DNA of 64,000 bases from Candidatus Hadarchaeota archaeon (lineage in GTDB: Archaea > CAYQAE01 > CAYVLA01). The DNA lies in the NCBI GenBank assembly GCA_964621445.1, contig CAZUNO010000002.1, positions 64,001 through 128,000 of the forward strand, in the 5' to 3' direction. The translations under genes were made by a program, and so were the position numbers. This document shows positions 56,800 to 64,000 of this stretch, piece by piece. The first letter of the stretch is position 1. Every line of letters begins with the position of its first letter. A model generated the notes under the pieces. It saw only the letters and a program-made list of their open reading frames with translations, was not told the DNA's origin and ran no database searches.

Positions 56800-57618
56800 A
56801 TGTCAAGTATTGTCGTCAAGATTGGGGGATCATTCCTTACCGCAAAATCCGAAAGCCATAGATTCCCCCTAAATATAGAAGAGATCAGGAGCCAGGCCAG
56901 GGAGTTCTTAAACCTGGGCCGATTGAAGGGCATATCCAGGGATATTCGTCATATCCTAGAATCGCACAGGATCCTGCTGGTACATGGGGCAGGTCCATTT
57001 GGACATGCGATGGTAGAGGGATTGAAATCCGGGTATGACATTGACCCCATGCACATCCACGCCTCCATGCTGGTATTAAACGAATTTGTCATCCGGGCAT
57101 TAACGGATATCGGGGTGCTGTGTGAGAGGGTGAGCCCCATGGACTCGGTGCTTCACCGGGGAAAATTCCACACCGATCGATTGGTCAAGGAGATGGTATC
57201 AAAGGAGAGATCAGGTATCCTTCCTGTTAGTCATGGTGATATCGTCCCTAGCAAGAACGGTGAGATCGATGGACACCAGGTAATCTCCGGGGACTTGGTC
57301 GTGCGCGATTTGTCATTGTCCTGGCCCGCCGATCGCCTGATAATGGTGACTGATATGAATGGAATCCTGGATACCGACCCAAGAAAGGGTGAGGGGAGAA
57401 CCATTCCAAGGATCACCCTGGATAAGTGCACGGACCTACTGAAAGGGAGGAGTGGAAAGGGATCCGATGTAACCGGTGGTATACTCCAGAAGGTAATTAG
57501 CTGTGCTGAGCCCATTTCCGCCGGCATACCGGTTCAAATTATCTCTGACGAAATCAATAATGCCCTAATCGCAGCCTGTAATGGCCAGGAAGTGGGAACA
57601 ATCATAGAGCCTGGGTGA
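56800..57618 (+). CDS. ipk: Isopentenyl phosphate kinase
   Basis: KIGGS.LT.K, HGAGPFGH, HGDIV, ISGD, DVTGGI..K. Confidence 0.88.
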   Translation: MSSIVVKIGGSFLTAKSESHRFPLNIEEIRSQAREFLNLGRLKGISRDIRHILESHRILLVHGAGPFGHAMVEGLKSGYDIDPMHIHASMLVLNEFVIRALTDIGVLCERVSPMDSVLHRGKFHTDRLVKEMVSKERSGILPVSHGDIVPSKNGEIDGHQVISGDLVVRDLSLSWPADRLIMVTDMNGILDTDPRKGEGRTIPRITLDKCTDLLKGRSGKGSDVTGGILQKVISCAEPISAGIPVQIISDEINNALIAACNGQEVGTIIEPG

Positions 57619-57622
57619 TTTC

Positions 57623-59218
57623 TTGCCAAAATCCTACATCGAACATCCCCTAATCAATTGTAACACGATTGAATCCAGGATCTATCAACAGGTGGTATAC
57701 GCGAAGGCAGTAAAGTCAAATACGCTTTTTGTGGCCCCCACAGCGCTGGGAAAGACGGTTCTATGCATCATGGTGGTTGCTCACCGTCTTCACAAGGTAG
57801 GTGGAAGGGCTCTTATGATGGCCCCTACCCGGCCCCTGGTCCTTCAGCATGCGGAATCTTTCAAAAAATTCATGAATCTGCCCCAGGAGGAAATAGTCGA
57901 TGTCAGCGGGAGGATTCGTCCCAGTGAAAGGGAGGAGGTCTGGCCCGCATCAAAGGTGGCCATAGCCACCCCTCAGGTGGTGAAAAACGATCTCGAGGCG
58001 GGGCGAATGGATCTTTCGCCGTATTCTCTCCTCGTTTTCGACGAGGCCCATAGAGCTGTGGGTGATTATGCATACGTTCCTATAGCCAGGATCTACGTTG
58101 AAACCGCGGATGACCCCCTGGTCCTTGGGCTAACCGCCTCTCCCGGAAACAGGGAGGAGGTAATCCGAGAGGTCTGCGAAAACCTCGACATATCTAATAT
58201 CGAGACCAGGACCGAAAGCGACCCGGATGTAAAGCCTTATATCAACCCCATAGAGGTCGATTGGAGAAAGGTTGTGCTGCCGGACTCAATCCGCATGGCC
58301 TCCAGGCGTATGAGAGCTTATCTCGAGGAGAGATTTGACAGCCTTAGAAAGATTGGTCTAATACAATCCGAAAGACCGACCAGAAGGGACCTTCTTGAGG
58401 CGGGAAAAGCATTAGGAATCGGCCCCCAACGTTTCTCAGCTTCCTTCGGAAAACCGGAATTCATGTATTATAAATCGCTGATGGACTACGCAACCGGCCT
58501 CAAGGCCGAACATGCTCTGGAACTGATCGAGACTCAGGGAATAGAACAGGCCCTGAAATATATGGAGAAACTTTCCCAGGAAGCGGAAAAGAAGAAAACT
58601 CCCAGATCTACCAAGTCATTCATCCATAACGACCTGGTCAAGCAATTCACAAACAGGCTTCGGGATCTCCGTGAAAAGGGGGTTCAGCATCCCAAGATCC
58701 CGGAAACGGAGGACATCGTGACCCGGGAGTTAAACTCTAATCCCGATAGCAGGATCATCGTATTCACTAACTTTAGGGACACGGTTGACCTCCTTGTATC
58801 CCGGCTTTCCAAGCAGAGGAAATCTCGAGCTACCAGATTCGTTGGACAGTCCTCAAAGAGATCAAGAGGGCTTAGCCAGGCAGAGCAAGCAGAGATCCTT
58901 GATCTCTTCAAGAAGGGCAAATACAATATTCTAGTGGCCACATCCGTCGCCGAGGAGGGCCTGGATATTGCAGAAGTCCAGCTAGTACTTTTTTACGATT
59001 GCACCGCCAGCGCTGTTAGGAATATTCAAAGACGGGGGAGAACAGGAAGGAGAGAGGCGGGCAAGGTTATAGTGCTTATCACTGAGGATACTAGGGAGGA
59101 AGCCTACCATTGGGCGGGAAGAGCCCGGGAAAAAAGGATGCGGCAGGTGCTCAAGAAGGTTGATCTGGAACTCAGCGACAAGCAGCTGAACCTTGACGGA
59201 TTCATGAAAGGTTCTTAG
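57623..59218 (+). CDS. hef: Hef/FANCM-like (ERCC4-like) DEAH helicase lacking the C-terminal nuclease
   Basis: HPLI...IE.R.YQ, PTALGKT, DEAHRA.G.YAY, TASPG, ATSVAEEGLDI, QRRGRTGR; ends in PIP-like QLNLDGF. Confidence 0.88.
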   Translation: MPKSYIEHPLINCNTIESRIYQQVVYAKAVKSNTLFVAPTALGKTVLCIMVVAHRLHKVGGRALMMAPTRPLVLQHAESFKKFMNLPQEEIVDVSGRIRPSEREEVWPASKVAIATPQVVKNDLEAGRMDLSPYSLLVFDEAHRAVGDYAYVPIARIYVETADDPLVLGLTASPGNREEVIREVCENLDISNIETRTESDPDVKPYINPIEVDWRKVVLPDSIRMASRRMRAYLEERFDSLRKIGLIQSERPTRRDLLEAGKALGIGPQRFSASFGKPEFMYYKSLMDYATGLKAEHALELIETQGIEQALKYMEKLSQEAEKKKTPRSTKSFIHNDLVKQFTNRLRDLREKGVQHPKIPETEDIVTRELNSNPDSRIIVFTNFRDTVDLLVSRLSKQRKSRATRFVGQSSKRSRGLSQAEQAEILDLFKKGKYNILVATSVAEEGLDIAEVQLVLFYDCTASAVRNIQRRGRTGRREAGKVIVLITEDTREEAYHWAGRAREKRMRQVLKKVDLELSDKQLNLDGFMKGS

Positions 59219-59574
59219 AATCTCCGGCGAAACTCCCTCTTTCTAAGAATACGCAAGAGCACCGATTTCAGCTTGTAGTTATCGGAACACTGCTGATTTT
59301 CCATCTCGTACTGAACGGCCCCCATGATATCCTCGTTCTTGTTCTTAATACCCTTGGCAAACATGCTCATGCTGCCCTTGCCATAAAGGTCAGCTGACTG
59401 TTTATACAACTCAGCTGCCTTCTTGAGCAGGGAAACCCTCAGACGGTGATCGTCCTTCTCTTTGTAGGCTTTGATAAGACACATATCGGCTTGCCCTTCA
59501 AGCCATGATGCTTTTCTGACGTGGTCGGCCTCGAATCTCAAAATAGCACCGGGGCGCTTTACCGCGCTCGACAA
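59215..59574 (-). CDS. Hypothetical helical protein
   Basis: 119-aa ORF preceded by an AT-rich intergenic region. Confidence 0.5.
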   Translation of the reverse strand: MSSAVKRPGAILRFEADHVRKASWLEGQADMCLIKAYKEKDDHRLRVSLLKKAAELYKQSADLYGKGSMSMFAKGIKNKNEDIMGAVQYEMENQQCSDNYKLKSVLLRILRKREFRRRF

Positions 59575-59764
59575 ATATAAATATTATTTATGGAAACTAA
59601 ACAAAAATCTTTGACCTTCTACTTTCTTGTGCAAACCGCAATTGAAAAATTGGATTATGTCGGTAATTATGGAAATAAATCTACTAAAAGTATGGCTCAC
59701 CGAAAACCGCATCGGTGAACTCAAGAATTTAGAACGAGACGGGAAAATTGTCCCAGCTTCCTAA

Positions 59765-60184
59765 CTATTCCTCATTCTCGCCTCGGTGGGGCACTACAAC
59801 TGAGTTCTTTAATTCCTGTATGGCGCCCAGCAAATCCACAAGACTATGCAAGACCTCGACATCTGACTGAACCCGGACAGCTTCCTCACCCGAATCCAGC
59901 CTTTCGGAGAATAGCCTTATCTTGTTAAGAACCGTACCTTCCGCATCTTCCACTGCACCCCAGGGGTCGTCCCTGGCTGTTCTTTCCTTAGTCCTTGGTT
60001 GGGTCCCACCCTGGGGGGCCTCGGTTTCAGTCATCTCCTTCGCTTGTTTACCCTTTTCAAACCCGCACTTGGCACAGAAGGTCCGCCCCTCTTGCTGGAA
60101 GAGTGGTGCATTACAATTGGGGCAGCTCTCGTTCAACATCTTGCCCCCCTTTAGCATAATATCTGCCATGTCCTTGATTTCCAC
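59765..60184 (-). CDS. UPF0148 / Sjogren's-scleroderma autoantigen 1 family zinc-ribbon protein
   Basis: MA..ML.G.KML..SCP.C..PLF...G..FC..C; probable GTG start 60184. Confidence 0.82.
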   Translation of the reverse strand: MEIKDMADIMLKGGKMLNESCPNCNAPLFQQEGRTFCAKCGFEKGKQAKEMTETEAPQGGTQPRTKERTARDDPWGAVEDAEGTVLNKIRLFSERLDSGEEAVRVQSDVEVLHSLVDLLGAIQELKNSVVVPHRGENEE

Positions 60185-60247
60185 TGGTTCACCCGAAAAG
60201 AGATTTATACCCTCGTTCTTAAAAACGTTCAGGAGGATTGCCCGAAA

Positions 60248-60505
60248 ATGAATGACGAGCAAAAAATGGATGCAGTCTCACAGGTCCTTGAGCAGATTAC
60301 AGAGGACACTTCAGTCCCAAGAAACATCAGACGTGCCGCCAACGAGGCCATCGAATGGCTTCAGAATGACAACCATACGCCGGGAGTCAGAGCGAGTTCC
60401 GCGGTGAATATATTGGATGAGATAAGCGAGGACCCCAACATGCCCGTTCACACACGAACTATGATATGGAACGTGGTCAGCGAGCTGGAAGTGATTCAGG
60501 ATTAG
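60248..60505 (+). CDS. UPF0147 family protein
   Basis: DTSVPRNIRRAA, L.EIS.DPNMP.H.RT.IW. Confidence 0.92.
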   Translation: MNDEQKMDAVSQVLEQITEDTSVPRNIRRAANEAIEWLQNDNHTPGVRASSAVNILDEISEDPNMPVHTRTMIWNVVSELEVIQD

Positions 60506-60564
60506 CTACCACTCCTTGAACCTGAAAGACCTCCCTATTCTCGATTGCCTATCTTGGATTAGGT

Positions 60565-61332
60565 CTAGAAATCCGCCTCGATTCCCCTTTTAAGAAAATC
60601 CAGGTTTATCTCCGCTGCTTCAATTGGGTTGTCCGTGGATTTGGTTTCCAGGACCAGCCAGCCATCGTAACCTATATCCCCAATTTTGGATAAATTACGG
60701 GGCCAATCCATCTCTCCCTCACCCAGCAAGTCCCCTTCCAGTTCCTTTATGTGTATCATGACTATCCATGGGGAAAGGATCTCGGTCATCTCCAGGGGGT
60801 CATGCCCGTATATCCTGTTGTTGGCAAGATCCTGGTATATTCCAACATGGTTGGAGCCCACTTCCCGGACCATGCGTTTGAGCTGTTGATAGGAGAAACT
60901 AGTCTCAATTCCGATGTTAACCCCTTCCCTTTCGGCTGCTGGAGCACACCGTTTCAAACCTCTCACATAGCGCTCTTCCCCTTTCGGACCCAGATCAATT
61001 TTCTCACGGTCAAAATGCGGCAGGAGAATAGCCTCTGCCCCTAAGGCCTCACATGCGGCTATGCTAAGTTCCACAAAGGAGATGCTAGTTTCCATGTCGA
61101 TGTCCAGGGAGAAATTGTATTCCCGGAAAGGGCCAACGCTCAAGGAGCAAACTTGGATACCGGAATCCCGACACAATTCAAGTATTCGGTCGGCATCACT
61201 TTCAACGATATTAATCAGGTTCTCTTTCGATCCGATAACCAGTTCCACACCATCATAGCCCACACAGCCAGCTGCCTCTATTGATCCCTCCCAATCCATG
61301 TCCAGAGAACTGTTTCTAATCCCGTATTTCAT
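60565..61332 (-). CDS. Sugar phosphate isomerase/epimerase (TIM barrel)
   Basis: GYDGVEL, A.AAE..GV.IG.E, YQD.AN, HIKE, GYDGW.VLE. Confidence 0.85.
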   Translation of the reverse strand: MKYGIRNSSLDMDWEGSIEAAGCVGYDGVELVIGSKENLINIVESDADRILELCRDSGIQVCSLSVGPFREYNFSLDIDMETSISFVELSIAACEALGAEAILLPHFDREKIDLGPKGEERYVRGLKRCAPAAEREGVNIGIETSFSYQQLKRMVREVGSNHVGIYQDLANNRIYGHDPLEMTEILSPWIVMIHIKELEGDLLGEGEMDWPRNLSKIGDIGYDGWLVLETKSTDNPIEAAEINLDFLKRGIEADF

Positions 61333-62326
61333 ACGAATCCCTCGATCATATCCTCCAAGCAAATCCTTTCTCCAGTTCTTGCCGACTGGGCCACGCCCTG
61401 GGTCACCGCCACCGCTATCATTCCATCCCTAAGGGTGTTCTCGTATCTCCTTGACGTGCTCCCGGTTATGAGATCCGCGAAATGGTTCTGCATCTTCATT
61501 ACCGGGTCATGATCATCATGGGTAGGGATGCTTTGAACGTCTTTGTCAATGGCCCCCTATGCCGCATCACCTCCAGGGTCTTCATATCATTGGTTGTCAA
61601 GCTCCCCTTTCTCCCAACGACCTGTATTATATTCTGCGTATTTGGAGCACCCATGCTGGTTATTATGGTAACCGAACGTCCACCATCGAAATCGATCATC
61701 ATGTTGGCGAAATCTATGGTGTCGCCTCCCCTGAAAGTTCCCCTTCTCAACGTGGCGTAAACACCCTTCGGCTTCCCCTCCATCAGCCATAGGCCCCGAT
61801 GAATAGTGTGTGAAGCCGTATCTATAACCCCTCCATAATGCTCGGGAAAGAAGTACTGGGGAGCCATCATGCCCCTCTGCACGGTTAGAAGAGCCTGAAG
61901 TGGTTCCAGGGATTGGGCTTCCTTCTTTAAGGTAGAGGATAATTCGGTAAATCTAAGCTGATATGCAACCATGCCCACGACCGCCTCCTCATCGGCAGCT
62001 CGAATCAGTTTTTTTCCGGTTTCCACCGAATCTACAAGAGGTTTTTCGACAAGGATATGCTTTCCTGCCCTCGCCGCATCAATTGCGATGTTTCCATGGT
62101 GTTTGGTATGGGTGGCTATGATCACCGAGTCAAGGTCCTCCCTTTCGAGGAGCTCCTTGTAATCGAGGACGTAATCCACCCCCAGAAGCTCGCTCGTTCT
62201 TCTTGCCCTGGATTCATCAAGGTCACATACGGCGAGAAGGCGCAGCTTACGGGAAGAATTGGTACGCTGTCCATGCCATGGGCCGCGTTGCCCGCACCCT
62301 ATCAGTGCCGTGGTTACCTCTTTCAT
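61329..62326 (-). CDS. Gfo/Idh/MocA oxidoreductase; frameshifted in a G5 run at 61553-61557
   Basis: IGCG, GKHILVEKP; the typical C-terminus (HFADLI...TLRDG..A.AV..G..QSA.TG) continues in another frame to a TGA overlapping the next ATG. Confidence 0.82.
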
Positions 62327-62421
62327 GATTCAACCTCCATTCGGTTTCCCTCTCAAAAATAGGTTACTCCCTCAAATCATATTAGGTCCTATATACCTAT
62401 GACCGGATGCCAGAATTATTT

Positions 62422-63927
62422 CTACTCCACCCAGATGGGCGAGGACCATGCTGTCTGACCATCCTCCTGTTGGACCCTGACATAGTAGTAGTTATTGCCT
62501 TCATCTATGGGCAGATCCTGCAAATCCATTCCGACCAGGCATGCATCCCGGGGATAGGCAGGATGGAATTTCACCTTTCGTGCATTGTGATAGTAGATAT
62601 CGGGGTTCCGGACCTCCTTCTCCTTAAGGCCAAAGGTCGATTCCACCCTTTCGATCGATTCCTCCATGAATGGAAATAGATGAGCCGAATCCAAACATTC
62701 GATAAGATCAAGACTAAACTCTCTATCATCTATCGATAGATTCAAGGTTGTCGATTTACCTCCCTCAATGGTGAATATTAGTCCCTGCCTGAAAGACGGG
62801 CGTCCATCGCGAGATGTGGTCAGCTCGAAGCTGCAGCTATCCTTCTTCCGGTGAAACCTTTGACCCAGGCCCGAGAACCTTGGCTCGACCTTTATCATCT
62901 GGCCGTTTATAACCCTCAACCTCCCCGCCCATTCCTGTTGCACGTCCTCAAAACCGTAACGCTTGGCCGGCCCCCAACCGAACTCGACCAGAATCTTGAA
63001 AATGCCCTCCTCTTGGACCCCCCACTTGCCGGCGTGGCAATATGTCTCGATGATTTGGCCGTTGTGTATCAGCTCAACTCTATCCAGGGGCTGTGGGCAT
63101 TCGACATCTATTCGCCCCTCTAATTTTCCCGGATCTTTCATTATTGAACCGAGTGGTTTTCCATTGATTTCAAACCAAAGATTGATCCTATCTCCCGTCG
63201 AGGCAATGGTGCGCCTATCCTTCAGGGCCTCCCATATGGCTTCGCGGGTCAGACTTTTAGCCCAAATCCCAGCGATACCCAGAGGCCAACTTCCGGGCAG
63301 GCCGGCACTATCATTTGATGCGATACAACCTATTCTAATCCCCCTGTCCAGGGCGTCCCTAAAGTTACCCCCACTGGTCCTCGGCCCCATGGACCTATTG
63401 CCTTCCATCTTGACCCTGGTGTCCACACCCTCGGAGGAGCCATGGGTGGAATATATCTCCATCACTGGGCATAGAGATGAATCTATCACGTCCCAATTTT
63501 TGCCTCTGTGTTCGGGTATGTAGGCGGTGTGGTGTGGAATTGCCAGGGCATCTCGGTTCCTCAAGTGGGAAAAAAGGTTTTCAAGTTCCCAGGCATCATC
63601 CAGGGGTCCGTCCTCGAAGTAGATAACGTTGTGATCGCCGTATTCGGTACGGTTTCCATGCCACTCATATCCAAGAAATGTTACGAAATCCCCCTCCCTG
63701 TTGTGGTCCCTTGAAGCCGTGCGGAGCCTTTTCCACCACTCCAGGAAGTCGGGTCTTTGTCTAACCGATTCAATCCTCGCTCCCTTTACTCTATCCCATT
63801 GAAAGGGGTAACAAAGAACACAATAAACGTCCAGATTATATTTTGCATAATCAATTATTTGGTCACATCTATCCATATCAACTAGGTGTTTATGGAAGTC
63901 TCCCCAGTATAGATTAAAACCCGACAT
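62422..63927 (-). CDS. DUF3604 / PHP-like metallohydrolase
   Basis: YWGDFHKH, F.TFLGYEW, GDHNV, IPHH, EIYS.HG, IASND, YYYVRV.Q.DG..AWSSPIW. Confidence 0.8.
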   Translation of the reverse strand: MSGFNLYWGDFHKHLVDMDRCDQIIDYAKYNLDVYCVLCYPFQWDRVKGARIESVRQRPDFLEWWKRLRTASRDHNREGDFVTFLGYEWHGNRTEYGDHNVIYFEDGPLDDAWELENLFSHLRNRDALAIPHHTAYIPEHRGKNWDVIDSSLCPVMEIYSTHGSSEGVDTRVKMEGNRSMGPRTSGGNFRDALDRGIRIGCIASNDSAGLPGSWPLGIAGIWAKSLTREAIWEALKDRRTIASTGDRINLWFEINGKPLGSIMKDPGKLEGRIDVECPQPLDRVELIHNGQIIETYCHAGKWGVQEEGIFKILVEFGWGPAKRYGFEDVQQEWAGRLRVINGQMIKVEPRFSGLGQRFHRKKDSCSFELTTSRDGRPSFRQGLIFTIEGGKSTTLNLSIDDREFSLDLIECLDSAHLFPFMEESIERVESTFGLKEKEVRNPDIYYHNARKVKFHPAYPRDACLVGMDLQDLPIDEGNNYYYVRVQQEDGQTAWSSPIWVE

Positions 63928-64000
63928 CTTAACCCATTACCTCTTTTCAAGAAGATAACATGGCATCTATTAGGTCTTATCCAGGGGATTGGGAATTCTC

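Noticed and set aside
59575-59764. AT-rich intergenic stretch as a possible ncRNA or replication origin
   Set aside because: No stable structure, ORB-like repeats or adjacent cdc6/orc1; best explained as a promoter region.

Overview
Gene-dense 64 kb segment of an archaeal chromosome, lineage not determinable from this window. No CRISPR array, IS element, prophage or rRNA was seen. Housekeeping content: radA-RPA; hisA-hisB; tRNA splicing endonuclease; ABCE1; the rpl7ae-rps28e-rpl24e-ndk-aIF5B-rps6e-aIF2gamma-PIN-rpo7-spt4-DUF359-rps24e cluster; a clustered archaeal-type lower mevalonate pathway (mvk, AcnX L/S, UbiD, ipk, fni); a nuclease-less Hef helicase; AOR; a sulfonate-type ABC importer and sugar catabolism genes. 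The most striking region is 4.6-18.9 kb. It encodes a MacB/LolCDE-type ABC system whose second permease is a 2098-aa fusion: MacB periplasmic core, about 11 Ig-like repeats, FtsX TM block and a GT-C-like membrane glycosyltransferase. Around it lie a polyprenol-P GT2, an ArnD-like de-N-acylase, a GT4, an ArnE/F-like small flippase, an archaeosortase and a UDP-sugar dehydrogenase. Together these form a candidate undescribed Arn-like or GPI-anchor-like surface glycosylation, anchoring and trafficking system. Other notable items: a tRNA-Pro(CGG) with two non-canonical introns (22/23 and 59/60) together with a fused EndA bearing a crenarchaeal-type specificity loop; a probable ATA start codon for aIF2gamma; a split PD-(D/E)xK-wHTH / TGT-like gene pair; a tandem C4C4 RING-like protein next to RPA-radA; and two homopolymer frameshifts. 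All product calls come from motif recognition by eye; no searches were run.
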